IMG/VR virus record: IMGVR_UViG_2579778730_000001
Source: an uncultured virus (IMG/VR IMGVR_UViG_2579778730_000001)
Lineage: Duplodnaviria; Heunggongvirae; Uroviricota; Caudoviricetes
Reading direction: 5' to 3' (one strand)
Length of the DNA: 64,000 nt
The position numbers and the translations under genes were made by a program. A model generated the notes under the pieces. The model saw only the letters and a list, made by a program, of their open reading frames with translations, was not told where the DNA came from and did not search any database. Positions 9,733 through 19,599 of the stretch are shown piece by piece. How positions within the stretch are numbered: the stretch's first letter is position 1; each line of letters begins with the position of its first letter.

Positions 9733-10058
9733 AAATCCACCCGCGCCGATACGCCTCCAAAGTCCCATGTCCCGGCGGTTATCCATAGCCGCTTCAGGCT
9801 TTCTTCAGAAATAACCACCGTTCCCGGCTCAATACGTTCATCACTTTCAATCAGTAATTCCAGCCGGGTTAAAATGTCTGCCCGCATCGTCGGGCTACGC
9901 TCTGCCACTAATTCTGTAGCAAGCCCGCTTTCTAATATGGCGTGAATAATGTCCTGCCCGATGCTCTGGCTGTTGTTGCACAGCACAGGTTCATTACCGG
10001 GATTAAGCACAAAACTACGCCCTTCAATAAGCAGGTCGATATAAAGCAAGTCGCTCAT
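9729..10058 (-). CDS. DUF2590-like baseplate (gpW/gp25-like) protein
   Basis: YIDLLI...SIGQDIIHAILESGL; sits between TMP and J. Confidence 0.75.
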   Translation of the reverse strand: MSDLLYIDLLIEGRSFVLNPGNEPVLCNNSQSIGQDIIHAILESGLATELVAERSPTMRADILTRLELLIESDERIEPGTVVISEESLKRLWITAGTWDFGGVSARVDL

Positions 10059-11941
10059 GCGTGTAATTCCTGCCATTCAGCAAGCTGCCCAGGTGTTAAC
10101 GGCTGCTGCGTATTAATATTCAGAGTGCCAATCCTCTGGCTTTTGTCGGTTACGTTATTCGCGTTACTGGTGATACTTTTCCCGATGCCGCCCTTATCAA
10201 TGGCCGTTAATTTCCCACCGGTTGATAAGGTATTTTGTGTTACAGGTACATCGCCTTTATTCCCGCCCGCATCGATATTCACACCGGGAATTTTATTAAG
10301 GTGTCCTACAATCCATTTCCATGACTTGCTGAAACTGCCCTTAATGGTATTCCAGATATTATCGAATATACCTATCATCCCCTTGACCATTCCGCCCAGG
10401 GCTTTTACAGGAGAAAAACCGGTAAGCAGCGTAATAAATCCATTCCAGCCCTGTGAAATAAATTCCCATGCCTGACTGAAAACACCCGCGACCCATTCAA
10501 CGGCCTGCGCCACTACCTGAAACGCCTGGGTGTTCATTACCGCTGCTTTAATGGCATCCCAGTGCCTGACCAGCAAATAACAACCGGCAATCAGCAGGGC
10601 AATGGCGGCGATGATCAGCAGCACCGGCCATGACATAAGGTTTACGCCGATAGCGGCGAGCATGGCTGCGGTACGAACGGCCATCAACACCCCGCGCAGC
10701 GCGCCCAGTACAATCCCCCATCCGGCGAACACGAAAGTAGATATTCCCATGATGATATTCAGCCCCGCACCCACGGCGGCAAAACTCAGCACAGCCAGTA
10801 CGACATATCCCACCGCGCGGGCAATGTTGGGGAATATCTGCATCCAGCGTGCAAACGTCGCCCCCATATCGGCCAGTCGGTTCAGTAGCGGATAAAGTAC
10901 CGGGATCAACGTCAGCCCAATCACGGTCTGAACAGCCTTGATGATGGCCACAAAGCGATCCCACGGCTTGACCATCTTCGCGGCCATTTCCTGGGTGCGC
11001 TTCAGCCCGTCAGACCCGCCCAGCTCCGTGATATTGCGTTGCAGCAGGGCAACGTTGCCGTAAAGCTGCTTCACCACAGCGGAACTGTCGCCAAAGGCAT
11101 CATCAAGCTCTTGCTGTGCCTTCAGGTTTCCTTCCAGACTCTTGCCGTATTTGCCCTGAAGTTTTTGCAGCATTTCAGGCATGGAAAGAATACTGCCGTT
11201 TGCGTCCTCAAAAGACAGGCCCAGCTTTTTCGCACCGGCAATAGCGCCGGTCATAAAGCCTTCATATGCGCCGCTTGCTTCACTGCCCAAGGTGCGGCTC
11301 AGCTGTCCCAGCACTGCCAGCTGTTCATCAAGCCCGATGTTAAAGTTTGTGCCGACACCACGCGCACCTTCCATCAGGTCTTTGATTTTTCCCATCTCAG
11401 CACCAAACTGCTGGCGCATATACGTGGCCTTACCGGCCAGCTGTTCGGCAAACTGAACTTTACCCAGGCGCTCCGCATCAGACTGGAAGTTGGCGAACAT
11501 CTGCCCCATGAACTCGGAGGTTTCGGCCGTGGTAGTTTTAAGGGCAAACGCCAGCGTATTGGCGACCTTTGTTACCTTTGGCAGCTCCGTTGACGTCAGT
11601 CCGGCGATCGCACCGTTTATATCTGCCGTGGAATTAACAAAATCCACCGCGCTGGCTCCGTAAGTGGTACTGAACAGCATGGCATCACGCCGCACCGACT
11701 TTAACGAGGTGTCATCAATGCCCCGGGCCGATGCCTCATTAAGTGCGTCGTACATTTCAATTGCCGGTGACAGCGCACCTTTTACCGTTTCAGCCACGCC
11801 CCACATTGCCAGCGCGCCCGTGCCAATACGCCTGAAAGCTTCCCTTGAATTGTCTGCAAACGCCGTAACCGATTTTTGCGCCTGTTTAATCGGGCGCGTT
11901 AATTTGTCAACGAGGCTTAATGTAAAATCCAGCTGCTTCAT
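10055..11941 (-). CDS. Tail tape measure protein
   Basis: 628 aa, Ala/Gly-rich helical with hydrophobic segments; follows the tail chaperone. Confidence 0.9.
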   Translation of the reverse strand: MKQLDFTLSLVDKLTRPIKQAQKSVTAFADNSREAFRRIGTGALAMWGVAETVKGALSPAIEMYDALNEASARGIDDTSLKSVRRDAMLFSTTYGASAVDFVNSTADINGAIAGLTSTELPKVTKVANTLAFALKTTTAETSEFMGQMFANFQSDAERLGKVQFAEQLAGKATYMRQQFGAEMGKIKDLMEGARGVGTNFNIGLDEQLAVLGQLSRTLGSEASGAYEGFMTGAIAGAKKLGLSFEDANGSILSMPEMLQKLQGKYGKSLEGNLKAQQELDDAFGDSSAVVKQLYGNVALLQRNITELGGSDGLKRTQEMAAKMVKPWDRFVAIIKAVQTVIGLTLIPVLYPLLNRLADMGATFARWMQIFPNIARAVGYVVLAVLSFAAVGAGLNIIMGISTFVFAGWGIVLGALRGVLMAVRTAAMLAAIGVNLMSWPVLLIIAAIALLIAGCYLLVRHWDAIKAAVMNTQAFQVVAQAVEWVAGVFSQAWEFISQGWNGFITLLTGFSPVKALGGMVKGMIGIFDNIWNTIKGSFSKSWKWIVGHLNKIPGVNIDAGGNKGDVPVTQNTLSTGGKLTAIDKGGIGKSITSNANNVTDKSQRIGTLNINTQQPLTPGQLAEWQELHA

Positions 11942-12131
11942 CAGGAACCTTTGAACGCGGTGCCAATACCGTTGGCCACCGCAATGGTCATATTTTCCCA
12001 GTAGCGGTTATCCAGCCAGACAGCTGCGGCAATATCATCAATATTATCTTCCCCGATGGGCAAGTAATGGCGACGTAAAATTAAATATTGCGCGAGTCCA
12101 TTTGATTCTATCGCTTGGACTCGTTGCGTTA
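11941..12131 (-). CDS. -1 frameshift extension of the tail assembly chaperone (GT-like)
   Basis: A AAA AAC slippery site at 12138-12132; the -1 frame is open (LTQRVQAIESNGL...AFKGS) to a TGA overlapping the TMP ATG. Confidence 0.8.
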
Positions 12132-12386
12132 GTTTTTTACTTCGATTTCCAGTTCAGGCGCATAAATCTCGTTTACCTTGCCGACAATCTGCAACGCAGC
12201 ACCCGGACGGGAAATAATTCCCACCAGTGCTTCTTTACTTTCTGATGCCACAATACGATTCAGATAATTTGTTGCTGGCGCAACTTTATTATCCATCGAC
12301 ATTTCATTAATGAATTTATTATAGGCGGTCTGATTTGGTTCAAATACAAGTTCAGTACCAGCAACAACCAGTTTAATTTTTTCCAT
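12129..12386 (-). CDS. Tail assembly chaperone (G-like)
   Basis: 85 aa from MEKIKLVV; ends at the slippery sequence; upstream of TMP. Confidence 0.8.
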   Translation of the reverse strand: MEKIKLVVAGTELVFEPNQTAYNKFINEMSMDNKVAPATNYLNRIVASESKEALVGIISRPGAALQIVGKVNEIYAPELEIEVKN

Positions 12387-12648
12387 GATAAATACTCTCT
12401 CGTTTATTAATTTCATCTGCGAGCGCGTTATGTCGTGCAGCGCATTCAGAATAAAGAATCTGGTAATCCAGCAGCGCACCGGCGACGAACGCCCCGGTAG
12501 TGCCGTTAATGCGCGGCAGCTGCGCCGGGCATTTTGTTTTCAGGTTTTCCTGAAAGGGTACGTTCGGCGCTGGCTGAGGCGGCGTTGAACAACCGCACAA
12601 ACTCATCAGACACACAAACGTTAGTAAAAACAGGCTTGACGATTTCAT
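12373..12648 (-). CDS. o-spanin (Rz1-like lipoprotein)
   Basis: Signal peptide with lipobox LCGC; Pro-rich; overlaps the i-spanin 3' end. Confidence 0.75.
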   Translation of the reverse strand: MKSSSLFLLTFVCLMSLCGCSTPPQPAPNVPFQENLKTKCPAQLPRINGTTGAFVAGALLDYQILYSECAARHNALADEINKRESIYHGKN

Positions 12649-12865
12649 ACCTGATCTCTTTTGGCTGGCTTGCCTTCAGCGCTTCCAGCTTGCTTTCAAG
12701 TTCACGCGCCGACGTGCTGGCCATCACCTGGAATTTAACGCCGGTGGCGGCAGCGGCTTTCTGCGCGGCGAGATCGATACTGTCACGCTGCCATGTCGCG
12801 CCCTTCCAGCCCGCCATAAACGCCAGCACTATCGCTATCACGCAGAACCATGCGCCCCTGCTCAT
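12506..12865 (-). CDS. i-spanin (Rz-like)
   Basis: N-terminal TM then coiled coil; directly after the endolysin. Confidence 0.78.
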   Translation of the reverse strand: MSRGAWFCVIAIVLAFMAGWKGATWQRDSIDLAAQKAAAATGVKFQVMASTSARELESKLEALKASQPKEIRYEIVKPVFTNVCVSDEFVRLFNAASASAERTLSGKPENKMPGAAAAH

Positions 12866-13206
12866 CAGCGCACCCCGTTATGCTCAAGGCTGAAGTGATT
12901 GCCGTCAGGACGTGATTTGAAACGCCCGCCCCATGCGCCGCCCAGCGATTCCCAGTATTCACCTAAAGGCAGATACGCCTCACTTGCGGTCTGGTACTCA
13001 CCGTTGAGGAACAGATTAAAATCCACGGCCAGGCGCTGTGTATGCAGGCTGTTAGTTATGCCGCTGCCCTTCTTTGCATTCAGCGCCGCCTGTTCCGGTG
13101 TGCGGTATGCCTCACCAAAGGTCAGGCGGTAACCTTTTTCCTCAGCCCAGTGAATAAGATTCGCCACCATAATGGTGAACAGCTGCTGCTTTTCGCTAAG
13201 CGTCAT
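12865..13206 (-). CDS. Endolysin, M15-family peptidase
   Basis: SLHTQRLAVD and DGNHFS Zn-binding motifs. Confidence 0.88.
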   Translation of the reverse strand: MTLSEKQQLFTIMVANLIHWAEEKGYRLTFGEAYRTPEQAALNAKKGSGITNSLHTQRLAVDFNLFLNGEYQTASEAYLPLGEYWESLGGAWGGRFKSRPDGNHFSLEHNGVR

Positions 13207-13495
13207 GCTTTTCTTCCTTCTGCGCGTTGCCCTGGGCTTTTCGCCTTATCCAGATTTCAATAGCCTGATACCCCCCGATCGCCAGCGCTGTTCCCAGCCC
13301 GTTGATGGCCAGCGGGCTGGCATTCGGAATTTGCAGCAGTACCGCGCCTGCCACTACCGAAACCAGACTTCCCAGGATAAGGCGGCTTAAGAACAGACGA
13401 ACCGTAATAGGATCGTTGCCAGCCAGTAACTTACCGATGGCAATCAGCGCGCCGATGGCCAGTAGCGTGTAAAGACTCTTTTCATGTTCCTGCAT
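13196..13495 (-). CDS. Holin
   Basis: 99 aa, three hydrophobic segments, charged C-terminus, upstream of the endolysin. Confidence 0.82.
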   Translation of the reverse strand: MQEHEKSLYTLLAIGALIAIGKLLAGNDPITVRLFLSRLILGSLVSVVAGAVLLQIPNASPLAINGLGTALAIGGYQAIEIWIRRKAQGNAQKEEKHDA

Positions 13496-13504
13496 CTGTA
13501 ATCC

Positions 13505-13960
13505 TTAGCCGATCAGGTTTTCAGTGGCTTCCGGCTCCAGATACGGAATGCCGTCAATGTTAATAAAGCGCGGGTCTGTCACCTTGTACGGGATTTTGCG
13601 CGTGGCCAGCGCGCCACCTTTCGGATCAATATCCAGAATACTGCTGAGATTCATCTTGCAGCCGAATGCCTCAACTTTGGTTTCCTCCGTCCCGGCTTTC
13701 GCGTAGAAGAGAAAATCCTGCGGTGGAATGCCGCGCCACGATCCGGCCTGCTGCGCCAGCCCCTTCAGGATGGCCATCGATTTAATGCTAAGCTCCAGCT
13801 CACCTTCAGCTGATACATCCCCATCCACATAGCCATCAGGGACGCCGTGCGTCTGGGTAGCCGCTGTGTTATCGGTGATGTCGAGCGTGATTTTTTCCAC
13901 ATGCACCATCGTGCCATCCAGATAAAAATCAAATGACATGCCGCTGATACGCTTGGTCAT
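13505..13960 (-). CDS. Tail tube protein (DUF2597-like)
   Basis: RISGMSFD...GVPDGYVDGDV.AEGELEL; follows the sheath gene. Confidence 0.85.
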   Translation of the reverse strand: MTKRISGMSFDFYLDGTMVHVEKITLDITDNTAATQTHGVPDGYVDGDVSAEGELELSIKSMAILKGLAQQAGSWRGIPPQDFLFYAKAGTEETKVEAFGCKMNLSSILDIDPKGGALATRKIPYKVTDPRFINIDGIPYLEPEATENLIG

Positions 13961-15084
13961 GCGCTCGCCTCCAGAGTTTTATCGAGCAACAGGCTGATCG
14001 AGATTTGCAGCGGCACCTCATACGGGCGCAGCACAATGTAAATCTCAACGTGTTTACGGGTCTTCCAGACGATTTTCACATCCCCTTCTTTCGGCGGCTT
14101 CACTTCCCCCGGAAATGTCGTGCCATTAATTTCAGAGGCTTTCGACATTTCTCGCAGCGGACGGGCGAAAATTGACTGGTGCGCCGCGATACTCCCCGGC
14201 GTGCTGTTCAGTGAGCGATCGCCAATTTTCCCGAGGGCCAACAGCCGCACACGTCGCGCCACTTTGTCCGCAATACGCAGCGTTTCAATTGACTGATAAT
14301 CGCCACCCTCCACATCGAGCGTGCGGCCATCGGCCCAGTAAATGCCGTCAAAGTCGGGATACCACGCCGGAACACTGAAGCGCTGTGCCTCAAGCGCTTT
14401 GAGCGTCGCAATATGCAGCGCTTCGCCGGTGCCGTCTGCCGGAAGCTCATCACTCCCGAGATTCAGCAGCGCACCGGTTTTGGTACGCGCCGGGCTGTCC
14501 GCCACGGTCACTGCACGATTACACAGGCGACCTGCCAGCACGCCCGGCTCATTTCCCCACAGACGCGGAACAAGCATCACAGCTTTTTCAGCAACGCCGC
14601 TTTGCAGCGCAGACAGGCGCGCCAGATAGTCCGCCTGTGCTTCATCTTCTTCAAATCCGCCCACAGCGAGCAGAAACCATACCCAGCGGCCATACGTTGC
14701 AATGAGCGTGGCGCGTAGCGTTGCGGCAAGCGTAATCAGCGATTTATCGCTGACGTCATCACAAAGCACCACACCTTCAACCGAGCATGATCCCTGCGAG
14801 GCCAGTACCGCCTGTTCAACCGCTGCCGCGTCCGCGTCTTCCGCCACAACATGCACAAACGCCCACCAGTTCTGGCCAGCATTGGCCTGTGCGGCTTTCA
14901 AATCACTTTTAAGCACGCTCTGCGCCGGACCGAGCAGCTGATCAAAGTCAGTCTGCGAGTCCACGGCCTGCGTTACACCAACGCCTGCTTTCCCCTTACC
15001 GATAAACAGCACAGTGCGCTCAACCTCGTTTACTTCGCCCTGTAGCTGATTTACCTGGTTTACATCAACAGTTGGCCAGGTCAT
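13957..15084 (-). CDS. Tail sheath protein (DUF2586-like)
   Basis: MTWPTV.VNQVNQLQG...GRLC...ADSPAR; HP1-type sheath. Confidence 0.85.
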   Translation of the reverse strand: MTWPTVDVNQVNQLQGEVNEVERTVLFIGKGKAGVGVTQAVDSQTDFDQLLGPAQSVLKSDLKAAQANAGQNWWAFVHVVAEDADAAAVEQAVLASQGSCSVEGVVLCDDVSDKSLITLAATLRATLIATYGRWVWFLLAVGGFEEDEAQADYLARLSALQSGVAEKAVMLVPRLWGNEPGVLAGRLCNRAVTVADSPARTKTGALLNLGSDELPADGTGEALHIATLKALEAQRFSVPAWYPDFDGIYWADGRTLDVEGGDYQSIETLRIADKVARRVRLLALGKIGDRSLNSTPGSIAAHQSIFARPLREMSKASEINGTTFPGEVKPPKEGDVKIVWKTRKHVEIYIVLRPYEVPLQISISLLLDKTLEASA

Positions 15085-15788
15085 GTTTTCCCCTTGATAT
15101 CCTGTGCGTTAACGTCCCAGCCAAAGCCAATCGCCTGAAGCTGGCGCGCCAGCGCCTTGTTAAAGTCGTCGTCGCTCATACCCAAAAACTCACGGGCGGG
15201 AACGTCAATCACCCAGCTTGATTTTGCTACCGTGCCGCTCAGCTTGCGGATCAGCAGCCCGGCCTGTGCGTAAGGCATTTTTTCGGTAATTTCCCGGTAC
15301 GTTGGCTTTTTCCAGCGCTTTCCACGCTTTACCGTATATCCCAGCGCCCGAAGCTTTTTGGCCTGGGCTACCGTCGCCATTTTTCCGGTCTGATCCTGAT
15401 TTTTCTGGCCGCCGCGATTAACACGTACTGTCATGCCGTTTTGCTGGCTGTAGCCCACAACACCCGCCGGAACAGATCTGTTCCCGTTACGGTATGCGCC
15501 GCCCTGCAAATACACCCGCACGGCCGCAATTTCGGGCATTTCGCGAATGTGAAGCAGCTTTGGCAGGTTTCGCAGCATCTTGCCCTTTCGCTTTGTCGCC
15601 CTGCCCGGCCACGCTGCGCCATCAGGCGACTGCTGGTTACGAACGTTTCGCTTTGCTGCGGCAATCAGTCCGTATTTCGCCAGACGCCACAGCAGGCGCT
15701 GACGCTTACGGGGCGGCAGCTCCAGACTGGCCAGCGCCTCGCGTAGTTCGGCCAGCTGCTTCTTGTTAAGCTCGCCACCGGCAAACAT
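15081..15788 (-). CDS. Virion morphogenesis/tail completion protein (gpS-like)
   Basis: QQSPDG..W..R and PAREFLG motifs. Confidence 0.82.
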   Translation of the reverse strand: MFAGGELNKKQLAELREALASLELPPRKRQRLLWRLAKYGLIAAAKRNVRNQQSPDGAAWPGRATKRKGKMLRNLPKLLHIREMPEIAAVRVYLQGGAYRNGNRSVPAGVVGYSQQNGMTVRVNRGGQKNQDQTGKMATVAQAKKLRALGYTVKRGKRWKKPTYREITEKMPYAQAGLLIRKLSGTVAKSSWVIDVPAREFLGMSDDDFNKALARQLQAIGFGWDVNAQDIKGKT

Positions 15789-16288
15789 CAGGATTCGCCT
15801 ACCGGCGCGCCGGTTGAATCCGTGCCATACACAGTGCCGCTCAGCGCAGTGAAGATTTCAGGCTCCACCAGTGACCATCGCTCGCCCCGGAACGGGATCG
15901 GCCCCTTTTCATCAGGCCGGATCACTAGCTCGTCAGCCAGCGGCATGGTCAGCACCACCGTGGCGGTTTCTTCATCCTCTACCGTCACATCCCATACGGC
16001 TTCAGCACTGGTGATTCCGATATCATCGAGCACACCGTCTGCATGTTCATCCAGCCAGACTTCAAGCAGCGCGATCAGCAGCTGCGGCGCACAAAGGCGA
16101 TACGGGAAACGCTCCCAGGAGATCAGCGCGTTATAGCGAATGACTGATAACCGGTACTGCTCAAGGCCAATATCTTTGGCTGCGGCAACCAGCTGCATTT
16201 CATCTAACAGGCTGTCAAAACCCAGTTGCGCCCGCTCCGGCACGTTCTGACGGAAAAACTCACTCAGTGAATCCAGTTGGGTTTTCAT
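15788..16288 (-). CDS. Tail completion protein (gpR-like)
   Basis: Acidic 166 aa protein between head completion and gpS-like genes. Confidence 0.75.
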   Translation of the reverse strand: MKTQLDSLSEFFRQNVPERAQLGFDSLLDEMQLVAAAKDIGLEQYRLSVIRYNALISWERFPYRLCAPQLLIALLEVWLDEHADGVLDDIGITSAEAVWDVTVEDEETATVVLTMPLADELVIRPDEKGPIPFRGERWSLVEPEIFTALSGTVYGTDSTGAPVGES

Positions 16289-16737
16289 ACCTTTCTCACC
16301 GTTGCGCGCTTAAGCCCCTTCATGTGCCGGATTGTCACGGAAGATTCCGCCAGCAATCCGTTACGCGTTTCGTCGCTTTCCTGCCCAGGGTGGGACTCCC
16401 GACGGCCAATCGTGGCAAATTCACCCAGCAGATCAGCTTTTGCCCTGGCAAAGACCGCTTTCATGTACTGCGCGCACAGCCCGTTCTGTCCGTTCATGAC
16501 CGGTCCCGGCACCGCTGCGGCGGTTTCGAAACCGCCCGCACGGTGCAGGGCTTCGACCTTTTCAAGATCGGCGTTTACTTCTGCCACGGCCGCAAGCAGT
16601 GCCTGCGCCGTGATACTGGCATCCATATCGGGCGGTAGTGCGCGCTGCGACTGGAAGTCACGAAGATTTAAATCCGGCCAGAAACCGTTATTCGTTAACT
16701 CCAAATCCTGATATTCAATCGGTTTACCGCTAAACAT
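16285..16737 (-). CDS. Head completion/stabilization protein (gpL-like)
   Basis: NNGFWPDL...AVFARAKADL; start MFSGK with GGGGG RBS. Confidence 0.85.
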   Translation of the reverse strand: MFSGKPIEYQDLELTNNGFWPDLNLRDFQSQRALPPDMDASITAQALLAAVAEVNADLEKVEALHRAGGFETAAAVPGPVMNGQNGLCAQYMKAVFARAKADLLGEFATIGRRESHPGQESDETRNGLLAESSVTIRHMKGLKRATVRKV

Positions 16738-16831
16738 GGTTCCCCCGAAAAAGGCGGGCTGACCGGCATCCAAGGCGCATTACACAAGTGTGCTTTGCCC
16801 TCCGCCGCGCCCGCCCGGCTTGCGGTAGTCG

Positions 16832-17536
16832 TTATTGCTCTTTTGCCAGGCTGCGCAGTCGTGCAGCAATTTGCGCACGCTGTGTGGTTACACCCACTTT
16901 CTTGTAGAGACGTTCGGCGCTGGCCAGCAACGCGTCAGCCTTTTCAAGCGTTTCCGGATCATCCACCGCTGTAGCGCGCGGCTGGCCGTTATCGTCACGC
17001 AGCAACATCAGCCCGGCGAACTTGTACCATTTGGCCGTAATTTCCTCATGCAGCCGCCAGCGCTGCGTCACCTTCTCAAAGGTCAGAGAAAAATAAGGCT
17101 CCACACTTTCACCCATTGCGGCAGTGTCCTCCGCCCACGCCATTACCGTGTCAGCAACAAAGGTCGGGAAGTTGCTGCGGATGTTGTCCGGCGTGGCCTG
17201 GTGCTGCTCAATCGCCACATCAGCCAGTTCCAGCGCTTTATCCAGATAACCGGCGTCAAACAGCCAGACGACGAACCAGGAAAACACCGGGTTGCCGTAT
17301 TCGTTGCCACTGGCCAGATACGCGTCAACCGTGGGTTGCCAGCGAGGGATCAGCACATCACGTTTAAAGGCTTCACGTTCTGCGTTCGTTGGCAGCGCAC
17401 GCGCCATTTCAACGTCAGTTTTCAGCGCCTGAATCTGTAAATGCAGACTTTCTGCCATGTCTGCGGCCTGCTGCGCTTTTAGCTGCTGCTCCAGAGCTAC
17501 GCGCCGGTTGTGGCGCTGGCCGGGTGAAAGTGCCAT
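16832..17536 (-). CDS. Terminase small subunit (gpM-like)
   Basis: MALSPGQRH...VWLFDAG; follows the capsid gene. Confidence 0.85.
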   Translation of the reverse strand: MALSPGQRHNRRVALEQQLKAQQAADMAESLHLQIQALKTDVEMARALPTNAEREAFKRDVLIPRWQPTVDAYLASGNEYGNPVFSWFVVWLFDAGYLDKALELADVAIEQHQATPDNIRSNFPTFVADTVMAWAEDTAAMGESVEPYFSLTFEKVTQRWRLHEEITAKWYKFAGLMLLRDDNGQPRATAVDDPETLEKADALLASAERLYKKVGVTTQRAQIAARLRSLAKEQ

Positions 17537-17539
17537 TTA

Positions 17540-18559
17540 TCAGCCCTCTGTCGGTTCGGAGACCTGACCAATTGTTACGGCAGACTCGTCGATTGCCGCG
17601 TAAAGCTCCGGCACTTCAACCGCGTAGCCTTCATTACGCAGATACTTGTTCTCGTACTGCTTGCGGTCTTCAACAAACTCCGCCTTACGCTGACGCGTGC
17701 CGCGCTGGGTGTAGATATGCAGGTTTGACAGTGGGGTTACCACCATGCGCTTACCTGGCATAAATGGCGGCACAATGGCCTGGCGGCCCGCGATAGTGCT
17801 TCCCAGCATCTGCGCCGCGATTTTCTCAGTAGGCTTGTCAGCCCCCTGATACAGTCGGTACTGCTCAGCGGCCACCAGATCGGCCCCGACAAGTACCACC
17901 AGGCGCGGGTCGTTGCGGAACTGCTGCGGGATTTTGGTATTGATGAGATCGGAAGCCATCGCGTCGAGCGAGCGATAATCCCCTTTGTCATCCAGGGTAA
18001 GCGCCTCAGTGATGATTTGCTTGCCACCATCGAAACCTTTCATGCGCTCATGCCAGCCAACGTTGACGTCTTCGCCGTTCGGGTTTTCAGTCGGGTTGGT
18101 AGTTTCAGCAATGCTTTTACCGTTGAAGCCAATGCGCAGCATATCCAGCGCAAACGCCTGATTAGAGAAAGCCTGTACCAGCTGGAAAAACTCTGCTTCG
18201 CTTCCGGCGTTTGCCCACACAGAAAGCAGGTTCCAGCGCAGCGCAGCACATGAATCCGTTTCGACCAGCTTGTAATCGTTGCCGTCAACGCCCACGCGTT
18301 TGATAAAACGGCCATCGGCGTTGCGCCCGGTGTGAAGCGCTGATGCGCCTACAGACACAACCTGGCCGCTCAGCTGGTCAACATCTGCGCAGGTGATGAG
18401 GCTCAGAAATTCAACAGATTCCAGCAGCGCACTGCGCAGGGACGTTTCCTGCGGATCGGTTAATTTGAATGCGCGTGACGGGTTATTAACGCTGTAATGG
18501 CCCGCCAGTCCGGCGGAATACGCGTCAATAAAATCCAGCGCACGTTGATTCAGTTGCAT
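17540..18559 (-). CDS. Major capsid protein, P2 family (gpN)
   Basis: ALDMLRIGFNG...NPNGEDVNVGW...VTPLSNLHIYTQ. Confidence 0.93.
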   Translation of the reverse strand: MQLNQRALDFIDAYSAGLAGHYSVNNPSRAFKLTDPQETSLRSALLESVEFLSLITCADVDQLSGQVVSVGASALHTGRNADGRFIKRVGVDGNDYKLVETDSCAALRWNLLSVWANAGSEAEFFQLVQAFSNQAFALDMLRIGFNGKSIAETTNPTENPNGEDVNVGWHERMKGFDGGKQIITEALTLDDKGDYRSLDAMASDLINTKIPQQFRNDPRLVVLVGADLVAAEQYRLYQGADKPTEKIAAQMLGSTIAGRQAIVPPFMPGKRMVVTPLSNLHIYTQRGTRQRKAEFVEDRKQYENKYLRNEGYAVEVPELYAAIDESAVTIGQVSEPTEG

Positions 18560-18623
18560 ATATTCCCCTCGCGTTAACGCGATGAATAATTAAAAAATTC
18601 CGCTAAATAAATTCAGCTACTGA

Positions 18624-19439
18624 TTAAATGAAGTTGAATTTGCCGCTGCTTTTGCTTTTATCGCCGAACTGACGCTGCGGAAGCTTGGTGACTTTTTTAT
18701 CCAGCTTGCTGAAATTGGTCAGGATGGTAGGCAGACTTTCACGCAGTGAGGCAAACTCCTGGGTATCGACCACTTCAGCGATGGTATCAATATCACCCTG
18801 CGCGGTATTAACTGCTTCCTCCAGTGCTGCCAGACGTTGCTCAATAGCGTTCACGGCTTCGGCCAGCGCCTGTAATTTTTCGTCACTGCCAGGCGTATTA
18901 TCATCATCGCCTTCAGCAAAAGTGTGCTGCTTCGGTTTAATACCGAAAAGTTTTTGCCAGTTAGACATATCTGTTTCCTGTTTAAATTTTTTATCAGAGG
19001 TTATTACGCACGGGTAATAACCGGATTTAGGCTTATTACGTCTGCTGCTGAAACGTAATCGTGTTGTGCCAACGCTTGCGGGGCTGTCTGTAACAGCAAG
19101 CCCCTTGAGATACGTGCGCCCGGTGCCGCGCCAGTCTTCTTCCGGCTCAATAGAGAAAAAGACCAGCTGATCGTCACGGTTGGCGTAAATCAGGCTCATG
19201 CTGGGGCTGATTTTTGCGTAAAGCCGCGCCAGCCCGTCTTCACCTTCTTCCCAGCGCGCTTCCCGCACTTCCCCACAGGTTCCCCAGTCGCGTTCATGCT
19301 CCGGCCACAGTCTTGCCGCATAATGGTTAAAGTTATAGGTTTCGCCCATATCAATAATCCATTCACGGTAAATCTTTCTGCCGTCTACCGTATCCCCCTC
19401 GGTGGCAATACACAGCCAGTCAGTGACTAAATGAGACAT
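18624..19439 (-). CDS. Capsid scaffolding protein/protease (gpO)
   Basis: IATEGDTVDGR...YLKGLAVTDSPASVGT; start MSHLVTDW. Confidence 0.92.
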   Translation of the reverse strand: MSHLVTDWLCIATEGDTVDGRKIYREWIIDMGETYNFNHYAARLWPEHERDWGTCGEVREARWEEGEDGLARLYAKISPSMSLIYANRDDQLVFFSIEPEEDWRGTGRTYLKGLAVTDSPASVGTTRLRFSSRRNKPKSGYYPCVITSDKKFKQETDMSNWQKLFGIKPKQHTFAEGDDDNTPGSDEKLQALAEAVNAIEQRLAALEEAVNTAQGDIDTIAEVVDTQEFASLRESLPTILTNFSKLDKKVTKLPQRQFGDKSKSSGKFNFI

Positions 19440-19599
19440 TATTTCCTCTCGCCCCGCTGATATTGCAAAACGATTATTACGGATAATACAAAAGGCATCA
19501 CCCTTATTAATTCTTATTACTTCGGATAACAGTGAATACCCGAACGATAAGGAATAACCTCCGCATAATTTTTCAGGCAGCCACGGCATAATTAAATCT

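Noticed and set aside
16787..16820. P2 cos-like sequence (gtgctttgccctccgccgcgcccgccc)
   Set aside because: It lies inside the head operon between gpM and gpL and is better explained as part of an intergenic stem-loop
18569..18582. 14-bp palindrome TCGCGTTAACGCGA before the capsid RBS
   Set aside because: Single short palindrome with no further support for a function
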